Below are positions 31,931-40,830 of a stretch of DNA of 64,000 nt, one piece after another; position 1 is the first letter of the stretch; each line of letters starts with the position of its first letter. The stretch spans positions 57,252 through 121,251 of the forward strand of contig JBIOVV010000008.1 in NCBI GenBank assembly GCA_044867925.1. The letters run 5' to 3'. Both the position numbers and the translations under genes were made by a program. Origin of the DNA: Solirubrobacterales bacterium. GTDB taxonomy: Bacteria; Actinomycetota; Thermoleophilia; Solirubrobacterales; 70-9. A model generated the notes under the pieces. It was not told the DNA's origin, ran no database searches, and worked only from the letters and a program-made list of their open reading frames with translations.

Positions 31931-32824
31931 ATGAGCGCCGCAATCGCCACGGAGCGCCTGAGCAAGCTCTACGGCCATCGCCGCGGCATCGAGGACGTGA
32001 CGATCACGGTCGAGGCGGGGGAGGTCTTCGGCTTCCTCGGTCCGAATGGCGCCGGCAAGACGACGATGATCCGGACGCTCCTCGACCTGATCCACCCAAC
32101 CAGCGGCAGTGCTCGGATCTTCGGCCTCGACAGTCGACGCGAGAGCGTCGCGATCCGGGCCAGGCTCGGCAACCTCCCCGGCGACTTCGGCTATGGCAGG
32201 AAGTCAACCGGGCGCGAGGCGATCGGGCTGCTCGCTCGACTGAGGGGTATCGAGGGGCAGGGTCGCGCCGAGAGCCTGGCGAGGCGTTTCCGCGCCGATC
32301 TCGATCGTCCCCTGGGTCAGCTCTCGCGCGGCAACCGCCAAAAGGTCGGCCTGATCCTCGCCACCTTCCACGAACCGGAGCTGCTGATACTCGATGAGCC
32401 GACCGGCGGCCTCGACCCCTTGATGCAGGAGGAGTTTCTGGCACTGGTCGCCGAGGAGCGCGAGCGGGGCTGCGCGGTCTTCCTCTCCTCACACGATCTC
32501 GACGAGGTGGAGCGTGTCTGCGATCGGGTGGGCATCGTCCGCGACGCTCGGCTGATCGCGGTCGAGCGGATAGCCGACCTCCTGGGCAAGGCACGCCGCA
32601 GGGTCACGGTGGAGCTCGCGGATGGGGCTGCCCTTGCCGACCTGGGCGCCCTTTCCGGCGTCAGCGATCTCGAGGTGCGAGACGGTCGCGCGACCTTCAA
32701 GGTGGCCGACGAGCTCGATCCGGTGATCAAGGCCCTCGCGGCGCACCACGTCACCGACATAGAAGCGGTCCACCCGACCCTGGAGGAAGTCTTCCTTGGC
32801 TACTACCGTGAGGAGGGCGGCTGA
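31931..32824 (+). CDS. ABC transporter ATP-binding protein (ABC-2 exporter type)
   Basis: I chose the internal ATG at 31931. Walker A GPNGAGKTT, signature LSRGNRQK, Walker B LLILDEPT. Confidence 0.9.
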   Translation: MSAAIATERLSKLYGHRRGIEDVTITVEAGEVFGFLGPNGAGKTTMIRTLLDLIHPTSGSARIFGLDSRRESVAIRARLGNLPGDFGYGRKSTGREAIGLLARLRGIEGQGRAESLARRFRADLDRPLGQLSRGNRQKVGLILATFHEPELLILDEPTGGLDPLMQEEFLALVAEERERGCAVFLSSHDLDEVERVCDRVGIVRDARLIAVERIADLLGKARRRVTVELADGAALADLGALSGVSDLEVRDGRATFKVADELDPVIKALAAHHVTDIEAVHPTLEEVFLGYYREEGG

Positions 32825-33615
32825 TGGGACGGCAGGTCGGCGCCCTCATCGCAACTCACCTCTCCGACCGGCGGCGCTCGCTGCTCGCCTGGGGAGTGCC
32901 GCTCGGCCTCTGGTCGGCCTTCATCGTCTTGATCTTCCCTTCGGTCGAAGGGGCGCTCTCCAAGGCGGTCGAGAGCTACCCGCCGGCCCTAAAGGAAGCG
33001 TTCGGGATCGGCGGGCTCACCAACGTCGAGCAGTATCTGCAGGCGGAGATGCTGAGCCTGATCGTTCCCCTCGCACTCGGCTATCTCGCCGTCCGCGCCG
33101 TCGCCAGTGGGCTCTCCGGCGCCGCCGAAAGCGGCCGCCTCGACGTGTTGCTCTCCGCGCCGGTCTCCCGTTCGCGCCTCGTCGCCGCGAGCTTCGTCGC
33201 CACCGCCGTCGAGCTGGCGATCGTGTTGGTCCTCACCGTGATCCTGACCGGCTTCGGCAGCCTCGTCTCCGGCGCCGACCTCTCGCTTGGCTCGGCTCTC
33301 GCCGGCTACGCCAACGTCTGGCCCCTGGCGCTGGTGTTCGCGGGCCTCGGCATCGTCGCCACCGGCTTCTCGCTGCGCACCAGCGTCGTCACCGGCGCCG
33401 TCGCGGGTGTGCTGGTGACGATGTACGTGATCGATCTGATCGGCAAGCTGGACCCCGGGCTCTCCGGAGTTCGCTACGCCTCGGTCTTCAAGTACTACGG
33501 CAACGCGGTCGAAGACGGGCTCGAACCCGTCGCCTTCTTCGGTGTGACCGCTGTCGCGATCGGGCTGGCGGCGCTCGGGGGATGGCTTTTCGAGCGGCGC
33601 GATCTGTCTGGTTAG
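32824..33615 (+). CDS. ABC-2 type transporter permease
   Basis: 263 aa with 6 hydrophobic segments. The start overlaps the ATPase stop (ATGA-type coupling). Confidence 0.8.
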   Translation: MGRQVGALIATHLSDRRRSLLAWGVPLGLWSAFIVLIFPSVEGALSKAVESYPPALKEAFGIGGLTNVEQYLQAEMLSLIVPLALGYLAVRAVASGLSGAAESGRLDVLLSAPVSRSRLVAASFVATAVELAIVLVLTVILTGFGSLVSGADLSLGSALAGYANVWPLALVFAGLGIVATGFSLRTSVVTGAVAGVLVTMYVIDLIGKLDPGLSGVRYASVFKYYGNAVEDGLEPVAFFGVTAVAIGLAALGGWLFERRDLSG

Positions 33616-33661
33616 AGGCGCACCGACTTCGTTGGGGCGGGGGACGATCAAGCCTTCTCAG

Positions 33662-34396
33662 TCAGCCCTCGCCGATCTTGTAGCCGTAACCTCGCACCGT
33701 CTTGATGTAGGCGTGGTCACCCAGCTTGCGGCGCAGGTTTGACATATGGACGTCGATCACGTGGTCGGCTCCGAACCAATTCTCGCCCCAGACCATCTTC
33801 AAGAGCTGCTGTCGGCTGAGCGTCGTTCGGGGTTGGGCCGCGAGGACATCGAGAAGGTCGAACTCGGTCCGACTCAGGTCGATGGCCTTGTCATCGACCT
33901 TAACCTCACGACCGCCGGGGTCAATCTGCAGCGACCCGAAACGGCGGATCGGAGCTGCGCGAGCCTGGGCGCGAGGGCGGCGCTGCATGGCTCGAATGCG
34001 GGCGACGAGCTCACGCGGGGAGTACGGCTTTGCCATGTAGTCATCGGCGCCTACCGAGAGGCCGGTGACTCGGTCAGCCGGGGTATTGAGCCCGGTGAGC
34101 ATGATTATGTAGGCATCGCTGAAAGTTCGTAGCTGTCGACAGGCCTCGATTCCGTCGATGCCAGGAAGGTGAACGTCGAGCACCACCAAATCAGGGGGCT
34201 GCGATCGAACCCGGTCGAGCCCATCCTCCGCGTTAGGGCAGACGGCTACCTCGAATGCCTCTCGCTCCAGAAGGCTGCGGGTGGAGGCGGCCATCTGCGT
34301 GTCGTCCTCGACGATCAGCACCTTGAACGGCTGAGGTGGGACCTCGTCGATCGGCATCAGCCGGGCCGCCGGCTTGAGGAAGCGATGGTGAGCCAA
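33662..34396 (-). CDS. OmpR/PhoB family response regulator
   Basis: The REC domain reads KVLIVEDD...DLVVLDVHLPGIDG...ADDYMAKP. The winged-helix output reads LSRTEFDLL...VDVHMSNLRRKL...IKTVRGYGY. An alternative start is ATG 34357. Confidence 0.9.
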   Translation of the reverse strand: MAHHRFLKPAARLMPIDEVPPQPFKVLIVEDDTQMAASTRSLLEREAFEVAVCPNAEDGLDRVRSQPPDLVVLDVHLPGIDGIEACRQLRTFSDAYIIMLTGLNTPADRVTGLSVGADDYMAKPYSPRELVARIRAMQRRPRAQARAAPIRRFGSLQIDPGGREVKVDDKAIDLSRTEFDLLDVLAAQPRTTLSRQQLLKMVWGENWFGADHVIDVHMSNLRRKLGDHAYIKTVRGYGYKIGEG

Positions 34397-34732
34397 TCTC
34401 GAGAACTCCGAGAGCCGGAGTCAACCGTGATCGATTCCGCGTGAGCGTCGAACCAGCGAGTGCACGGTGACGCGCTTGCAGCTTGCGGACTCCATCCGAG
34501 TGAATGTTGCTGGCCCGCGGTCCTTCGGACCCGCCCTTCACTGTCTGGCGCCCGAGGGGGCCATCGGCAAGTTGTTACTACAAATCTCACTGTGAAATCT
34601 TGTCACTAAGCAGGTGTCCAAAGCGTATAAACGGACACTGTTCTCGTTCGCTGACTAAAAATTGTCTCAAAAACGCTCAAATTGGTGTTAGGGTCCTCTG
34701 GCTGACGACAACTGAGTCGATGGAGGCGGCAG

Positions 34733-36679
34733 TTGAGTCACCCGGAAGAGCCGACCGGACTGGGCGTCGGTTCTACTTTTGAGCAGCTTTTGGAGGCAGC
34801 TCCCGACGCAATTGTCGGCGTAGATGAGAGCGGCCAAATCGTCCTGGTCAACAGCCAGACGGAGACCTTGTTCGGATACGCCCGTGAGGATCTCCTCGGT
34901 GAGCTGGTCGAGGTGCTGGTGCCTGTGCGCTTTCGCGCCGCCCACCCAAAACACCGGGCCGCCTACTTTGCCGAGCCGCGCACCCGTCCGATGGGAGCCG
35001 GCCTGGATCTCTACGGCCTGCGGCGCGATGGCAGCGAGTTTCCGGCAGAGATTTCCCTCTCCTCGATCGAGACCGAATCTGGCCGACTGGCAACGGCGGC
35101 GATTCGCGACGTCACTCAACACCGGGCTGCAGAGCGCAAGTTCGAACAATTCCTGGAGTTTGCGCCCGATGCGATCGTCGGGATCTCCTCCGACGGATCG
35201 ATCGCTCTCGTCAACCAACAGACCGAGTCTCTGTTCGGCTACCGCCGCGAGGAGCTGATCGGCCAGTCGATCGAGATCCTCATTCCGCGCCGTTTCCGCG
35301 AGGCCCATCCCGGCTATAGAGAGCGCTATTTCGAGGAGCCGCGCACTCGGGCGATGGGAGCCGGGGTCGAACTGTTTGCGGTCCGCAAGGACGGCACCGA
35401 GCTACCGGTGGAGATCAGCCTTTCAAGCATCGAAACCGAGGACGGCATCCTCGCCACCGCGGCTGTTCGCGACATCAGCGATCGCGCCGAAAGCGAGCGA
35501 GAGAGGGCGCTGCAGGAGCAGCTCGATCAGTCACGGCGCCTGGAGAGCGTCGGCCAGCTCGCTGGTGGGATCGCCCACGACTTCAACAACATTCTCGGGG
35601 TGATCATGAACTATGCGGAGTTCGTCAACGACGAGCTTCCATCGGGTTCGAAGACGTCCGAAGACGTGGAGGAGATTCGTCGCGCCGCCGAGCGCGCCGC
35701 CGCCCTCACCCGCCAGCTCTTGATTTTCAGCCGGCGCGAGGTCGTCCAGCCGGAGCTGCTCGATCTGCGCAAGGTCGTCTCCCAACTGGAGAACCTGCTG
35801 CACCGGGCGCTTGGAGAGCGCGTGGAGTTGCAGACGCGCTTTGCCGAGGACGTCGCGGCGGTCGAAGCCGATCCTGGCCAGATCGAGCAGGTGCTCGTCA
35901 ACCTCGCCGTCAATGCGCGCGACGCGATGCCCGACGGCGGGCGTCTCCTGATCGAGGTCGAGAACGCCGAGCTCGACGAGGAGTACGCCTATATGCATCC
36001 CAACACCAAGGAGGGTTCCTACGTTCGCCTGAAGGTGAGCGATACCGGCATCGGAATGGATGGGGAGACCATCGAGCGTGCCTTCGAGCCCTTTTTCACC
36101 ACCAAGGGAAAGGGCGAAGGGACCGGCCTCGGCCTCGCCACCGTCTATGGGATTGTCACCGGAGCGAGTGGCCGAGTGGACATCTACTCGGAGCCGGGCA
36201 TGGGGACGACGATCAAGGTTCACCTGCCTGCGAGTTCCGCCGCTCCCAGTCCCGGCAGGGATGGGGCCAAGGAGCGGCCAGAGGGCAACGGTGAGGTCGT
36301 CTTGGTGGTCGAGGACGAGGCCGACGTGCGACGGATGGCCGAGCGCATTCTCAGCAAGGGGGGCTACTCGGTGATCGGCACCAGCGGCGGCGAGGAGGCG
36401 CTCGAGGTTTGCAGGAGGGCCGGCCAGACGATCGATCTGCTCCTCACCGACGTGATCATGCCCGGGATGCTCGGCACCGAGCTGGTCGAGCAGGTCAAGC
36501 CGATTCGTCCGGGCGTAGGGGTGATCTTCATGTCGGGCTACAGCCACGACGTCCTGGCACCCCAGGCGCTGGCCGAGCAGGGCGGGACCGCCTTCGTCGA
36601 GAAGCCCTTCAGCTCCAGCGTGCTGTTGCAAGTGGTCCGCGGCTTGCTCGATGCGCCCGCGAGCGAGAAGGCCCAATGA
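34733..36679 (+). CDS. Cytoplasmic hybrid sensor histidine kinase (PAS-PAS-HisKA-HATPase-REC)
   Basis: TTG start after GGAGG. It has two PAS repeats, the H-box [11 protein letters not shown], the N/G boxes [10 protein letters not shown] and DTGIGM...GTGLGLA, and the C-terminal receiver VLVVEDE...[11 protein letters not shown]. No TM segment. Confidence 0.9.
   Translation: MSHPEEPTGLGVGSTFEQLLEAAPDAIVGVDESGQIVLVNSQTETLFGYAREDLLGELVEVLVPVRFRAAHPKHRAAYFAEPRTRPMGAGLDLYGLRRDGSEFPAEISLSSIETESGRLATAAIRDVTQHRAAERKFEQFLEFAPDAIVGISSDGSIALVNQQTESLFGYRREELIGQSIEILIPRRFREAHPGYRERYFEEPRTRAMGAGVELFAVRKDGTELPVEISLSSIETEDGILATAAVRDISDRAESERERALQEQLDQSRRLESVGQLAGGIAHDFNNILGVIMNYAEFVNDELPSGSKTSEDVEEIRRAAERAAALTRQLLIFSRREVVQPELLDLRKVVSQLENLLHRALGERVELQTRFAEDVAAVEADPGQIEQVLVNLAVNARDAMPDGGRLLIEVENAELDEEYAYMHPNTKEGSYVRLKVSDTGIGMDGETIERAFEPFFTTKGKGEGTGLGLATVYGIVTGASGRVDIYSEPGMGTTIKVHLPASSAAPSPGRDGAKERPEGNGEVVLVVEDEADVRRMAERILSKGGYSVIGTSGGEEALEVCRRAGQTIDLLLTDVIMPGMLGTELVEQVKPIRPGVGVIFMSGYSHDVLAPQALAEQGGTAFVEKPFSSSVLLQVVRGLLDAPASEKAQ
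34778..35503 (+). repeat. Tandem duplication of a 363-bp PAS-domain unit inside the kinase gene
   Basis: Residues 16-136 and 137-257 align with no gaps and high identity ([14 protein letters not shown].../[14 protein letters not shown]..., ...[18 protein letters not shown]). Confidence 0.7.
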
Positions 36680-38127
36680 CGCCCGAGCCCGAGCGGAAAA
36701 AATCGCGGGCTGGGCCGAACGGTCGAAATGAGCACGAGAGCGCCCGCATTCTTGCCACCGACGATCGGCCCGAGATCCTGCGGCTGATCGACCGTTCGCT
36801 GGGCGAGCGCTATTCCTGTGAGTTCGCGGGCAGCGTCGTAGAGGCTCGCGAAAAGCTGACACAGAACGGAGCTTTTGACCTGGCTCTCTGCGATATCCAG
36901 ATGCCGGGCGAGTCAGGCCTCGTCCTGGTTGAGGAGATTGCCCGCGAGCACCCGGACACCGCGATCGTCCTCGTCACCGGGGTGGACGACCCCGATGTCG
37001 CCAGGAGCGCCTTCGAGATGGGCGCGCACGGCTACCTGGTCAAGCCGTTCTGGCCCGGTCAGCTGTCGATCACGGCGATGAACGCGCTGCGCCAGCGCGA
37101 GTTGGAAATCGCCCAGCGGGCTTACAACAAAGCCCTCGAGGATCGGCTTCAGGTCCTGATGGACCGGGCCCCGGTCCCGATCTACATCAAGGACAGCGAT
37201 CGACGCTACCTGCTGGCCAACCATGTCGCTCACCAGGTGGCGGGCCTGCGGGCCGGCGAGCTGATCGGCCTCAGGGACATCGACATCATGTCGGCCGAGG
37301 CCGAGCAGCAGGTCGCCGAGACCGACCGCTTGGTACTCGACCGAGGCGGGACCTATGAGGCAGAGGAGACTCTGCAGGTCGGCGATGAGATGCGGACCTT
37401 CTTCACCGTCAAGTTTCCCTATGTTGATGACCAAGGGGAGATCGCGGGTATCTCCGGGATCTCGACTGACATTACGGACAAAAAGCGAGCAGAGACGCTT
37501 GCGGCGCAGCTTGCCAGGGAGCAGGAGTGGGCGATCGAGGAGTTGCGCGTATCCCGTCAGGAGACCGTCGAGCGCCTGGCAAAGGCGCTCGAGATGCACG
37601 ATGCGGAGACCGGCAGGCACGTCAACCGGATGGCGGCGATCGCCGCGTTTCTCGCCGGCAAGGTAGGGCTGGACGGCGATCGGGTGTTGCTGTTGCGCAC
37701 GGCGGCACCGATGCACGATGTCGGCAAGGTCGCGACCCCCGACGGCATCCTGCAGAAGGCCGGCGCGCTCACCTCGGAGGAGCGCGAGGAGATGGAGCGC
37801 CACACCACGGTCGGCCACCAGATCCTGGCCGACTCCGAAAGCGAGCTGCTGGAGCTCGCGGCGACGATCGCGCTCACCCATCACGAGCGCTGGGACGGTG
37901 GCGGCTACCCGCAGGGCCTCGCCGGCGAGGAGATCCCGATCGAGGGCCGGATCACGGCGGTCGCCGATGTCTTCGATGCGCTGCTCAGCGACCGCTGCTA
38001 CCGCTCTGCGCTCTCGGTCGAGGATGCAGTGGAAGTCATCCGGCAGGGGCGGGGCACGCACTTCGACCCGCAGGTCGTGGATGCACTGCTCGCCAACCTC
38101 GAGGCGGCGCTTACGCTCCGTGGCTAG
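36676..38127 (+). CDS. Response regulator with PAS and HD-GYP domains (putative c-di-GMP phosphodiesterase)
   Basis: The ATG at 36676 overlaps the kinase stop (ATGA). The REC domain reads ILATDD...DLALCDIQMPG...GYLVKP, followed by a PAS domain. The HD-GYP domain has HDAETGRH, HDVGK and HHERWDGGGYP. Confidence 0.88.
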   Translation: MTPEPERKKSRAGPNGRNEHESARILATDDRPEILRLIDRSLGERYSCEFAGSVVEAREKLTQNGAFDLALCDIQMPGESGLVLVEEIAREHPDTAIVLVTGVDDPDVARSAFEMGAHGYLVKPFWPGQLSITAMNALRQRELEIAQRAYNKALEDRLQVLMDRAPVPIYIKDSDRRYLLANHVAHQVAGLRAGELIGLRDIDIMSAEAEQQVAETDRLVLDRGGTYEAEETLQVGDEMRTFFTVKFPYVDDQGEIAGISGISTDITDKKRAETLAAQLAREQEWAIEELRVSRQETVERLAKALEMHDAETGRHVNRMAAIAAFLAGKVGLDGDRVLLLRTAAPMHDVGKVATPDGILQKAGALTSEEREEMERHTTVGHQILADSESELLELAATIALTHHERWDGGGYPQGLAGEEIPIEGRITAVADVFDALLSDRCYRSALSVEDAVEVIRQGRGTHFDPQVVDALLANLEAALTLRG

Positions 38128-38195
38128 GCAAGAGCCCCGCCACCGACTCGCGAGACCTTTGGTCGCCGCGAACGTGGTGGCGGGGTGCTCTTGCC
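38127..38195 (+). terminator. Long stem-loop directly after the HD-GYP gene
   Basis: GGCAAGAGCCCCGCCACC (38127-38144) pairs with GGTGGCGGGGTGCTCTTGCC (38176-38195), leaving a 2-nt bulge. No clear U-tract follows. Confidence 0.45.
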
Positions 38196-38471
38196 CGTTG
38201 CCGTCCAGAGGGAAGACGGCGGAGTCGGCAAGCGGGGAGGGGAGGAGCCGCATCGCCGGTGGGAAGGAGATGACCGCAAGCAGAGCGCTGAGCTGTCGCG
38301 TGTTTGACTTGGTTGTTTGGCCTCATGGTCATGCTTGCGGTCATGCCACGGGTATCGGCATGACCCAGGCTTCCTGAAGCGGATTCAGGCTTCTTGAGGC
38401 AATCTGGAGATTCGGAGACAGCTGCGGCGGTGGGGGCGCCCATGTGGGTAAGGTCTCGCGCCCAGCGAGGC

Positions 38472-39629
38472 ATGAGCACCGGCACCGACATCTACTCGAT
38501 CCCCCAGGATCTGCTCGACTTTCGCGAGACGATCGGGCGGATCGCCCGCGAGCGGATCGCGCCGCGGGCGGCTGAAATCGATGAGAAGTCCGAATACCCG
38601 CGGGACGTGCGGGAGCTGCTGGCCGAGCACGACATCCTCGCTCTGCCCTTCGAGGAGGAGCACGGGGGGACGGGCACGGGGACGCTGATGCTGCAGATGG
38701 CGGTCGAGGAGATCGCCAAGGCCTGCGCCTCCAGCGCCCTGATCCTGATGGTGCAGGAGCTCGGCTCGCTGCCGATCCGGCTCTTCGGCAGCGACGAGCT
38801 GAAGCGGCGGGTCCTGCCGCGCTGCGCCGCCGGCGAGTGGACGCCGGCCTTCGCGCTGTCCGAGCCGGAGGCCGGCTCGGACCCGGCGGCGATGCGCACC
38901 CACGCTGAGCTCGATGGCGACGAATGGGTCATCAACGGCGCCAAGAACTGGATCAGCAACGCGGGTGTCGCCGATTTCTACGTCGTCTTCGCCGTCACCG
39001 ATCGCGAAAAGCGACGGATCACCGCCTTCATGGTCGAGGCCGACCGGCCCGGCTTCTCGATCGGCAAGCTCGAGCACAAGCTCGGCATCCGCGGCTCGCC
39101 GACCGGCTCGCCCGTCTTCGACGACGTGCGGGTGCCGGCGGAGAACGTGATCGGCGAGGTCGGGCGCGGGCTCGGCGTCGCCCTCGGCACTCTGGAAAGG
39201 ACGCGGCTCGGCGCCGCGGCGCAGGCGGTCGGGATCGCCCAGGGGGCGACCGACTACGCGACCACCTACGCCTCCGAGCGTGTCGCCTTCGGCAAGCCGA
39301 TCCTCGACCTGCAGGCGATCCAGTTCAAGCTGGCCGAGATGGAGACCGGCACCGCCGCCGCGCGCGAGCTGCTCTACAAGGCCTGCGCGATGGCCGATCG
39401 CGACGACCCCGGCCTCGCCAAGCACACCTCGATGGCGAAGCTGTTCGCCTCCGACAACGCGATGCGGGTCACGGTCGAGGCGATCCAGGTTCTCGGTGGC
39501 TACGGCTACGTCAAGGAGTACCCGGTCGAGCGGATGATGCGCGACGCCAAGATCACCCAGATCTACGAGGGCACCAACGAGATCCAGCGCGTGGTCATCT
39601 CACGCGCGATGGACCCGCGGCGGCGCTGA
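38472..39629 (+). CDS. Acyl-CoA dehydrogenase
   Basis: I chose the internal ATG at 38472. Blocks: AFALSEPEAGSD, KNWISNAG, GRGLGVALGTLERTRL, and QVLGGYGY..EYPVERMMRDAKITQIYEGTNEIQR. Confidence 0.92.
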   Translation: MSTGTDIYSIPQDLLDFRETIGRIARERIAPRAAEIDEKSEYPRDVRELLAEHDILALPFEEEHGGTGTGTLMLQMAVEEIAKACASSALILMVQELGSLPIRLFGSDELKRRVLPRCAAGEWTPAFALSEPEAGSDPAAMRTHAELDGDEWVINGAKNWISNAGVADFYVVFAVTDREKRRITAFMVEADRPGFSIGKLEHKLGIRGSPTGSPVFDDVRVPAENVIGEVGRGLGVALGTLERTRLGAAAQAVGIAQGATDYATTYASERVAFGKPILDLQAIQFKLAEMETGTAAARELLYKACAMADRDDPGLAKHTSMAKLFASDNAMRVTVEAIQVLGGYGYVKEYPVERMMRDAKITQIYEGTNEIQRVVISRAMDPRRR

Positions 39630-39744
39630 GCGCTTCGAGCTGATCTCGCCGGGGTCGCCGGTCGTTTTCGCCGGCTTGGCGCGGGTAAGAGTTCGAGGAG
39701 TGGCTTCAGCCCGAATCCCTGCGGACCGAGAAGGAGGTCTTTCG

Positions 39745-40323
39745 ATGTCTGACCGGTTGAGAGGCAAGAGAATCGCCGTCCTCGTCGCCAACGAGGGCGT
39801 CGAGCAGGTCGAGCTGACCGAGCCGCTTGCGGCGGTACGCGAGGCAGGCGCCGAGGTGGACCTGCTCGCCCCGGAAGCGGGTGAGGTCCAAGCCTTCAAT
39901 CACCTCGACAAGGGCGACACGTTCAGTGTCGACAAGGCGGTCGGCGACGTGGACGCGGCCGACTACGACGGGCTCGTCCTGCCCGGCGGGGTTGCCAACC
40001 CGGACCAGCTGCGCACGCAAGAGGACGCGGTTGCCTTCGTCCGGGCTTTCTTCGGCGCCGGCAAGCCGGTGGGCGCAATTTGCCACGCGCCCTGGACCCT
40101 GGTCGAGGCGGGGGTGGTCGACGGCCGCACCGTCACCTCTTGGCCGAGCCTGCAGACGGATCTGCGCAACGCCGGCGCCAGTTGGGTCGACGAGGAGGTT
40201 CACGTCGACCAGGGGCTGGTCACCAGCCGCAAGCCCGACGACCTCCCGGCATTCAACGCGAAGATCGTCGAGGAGTTCGCCGAGGGAGTGCACGAGGGCC
40301 AGAAGGAAAGCGCCGCGGCCTGA
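39745..40323 (+). CDS. DJ-1/PfpI family protein
   Basis: The ATG at 39745 is preceded by AAGGAGG. Nucleophile elbow AICHAPW, plus VLPGG and LVTSRKPDDLPAF. Confidence 0.9.
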   Translation: MSDRLRGKRIAVLVANEGVEQVELTEPLAAVREAGAEVDLLAPEAGEVQAFNHLDKGDTFSVDKAVGDVDAADYDGLVLPGGVANPDQLRTQEDAVAFVRAFFGAGKPVGAICHAPWTLVEAGVVDGRTVTSWPSLQTDLRNAGASWVDEEVHVDQGLVTSRKPDDLPAFNAKIVEEFAEGVHEGQKESAAA

Positions 40324-40358
40324 GCGCTCGGCCTGCGCAACGGCGAAAGGAGAGAAAG

Positions 40359-40697
40359 ATGCCGCCACGCGGAGTGAAAAAAGGAAGCAAGCGGGATCGT
40401 CAGTACGAGCACATCAAGCAGAGCGAGAAGCAGGCGGGGCGTTCGACCAAACGAGCCGAGGAGATCGCCGCGCGAGCCGTCAACAAGGAAAAGGCGCGTT
40501 CGGGGGAATCGAAGACCGCTTCTCGCAGCTCGACCAGCGGGCGCTCGGCCAGCGCCCGCGGGGGCAAGCAGTCGGGCAAGGGCCCTGGCGGCCGCACCCG
40601 CGAGCAGCTCTACAACGACGCCAAGAAGCTCGGGGTGGAGGGTCGCTCGAAGATGAGCAAGAAAGAGCTTCAGCACGCCGTCGCGGGGGCGAGCTGA
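40359..40697 (+). CDS. Highly basic, low-complexity protein with a C-terminal Rho-N/SAP-like motif
   Basis: The ATG at 40359 is preceded by AAAGGAGAGAAAG. 112 aa, rich in K/R/S. It ends in TREQLYNDAKKLGVEGRSKMSKKELQHAV, the pattern of the Rho termination factor N-terminal helix motif. Confidence 0.65.
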   Translation: MPPRGVKKGSKRDRQYEHIKQSEKQAGRSTKRAEEIAARAVNKEKARSGESKTASRSSTSGRSASARGGKQSGKGPGGRTREQLYNDAKKLGVEGRSKMSKKELQHAVAGAS

Positions 40698-40830
40698 GCG
40701 GCTCAGGCGTGCTTGCGCCCGACCGCGAGCAGGTATGCCCCGCTCGGGCAGTTGGGCCTGACGAGCGTCATCGGTCTGCGTTTCAGCCCCTGGAGCGAAT
40801 CGATTTCCGCCACGACGAGTTGAAGGAGAG

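Noticed and set aside
38264-38377. 35-codon ORF (MTASRALSCRVFDLVVWPHGHACGHATGIGMTQAS) with an adjacent GGAAGGAG
   Set aside because: The SD-like sequence abuts the ATG with essentially no spacing. The peptide overlaps the inverted and direct repeats, which are better explained as DNA or RNA elements. There is no supporting evidence.
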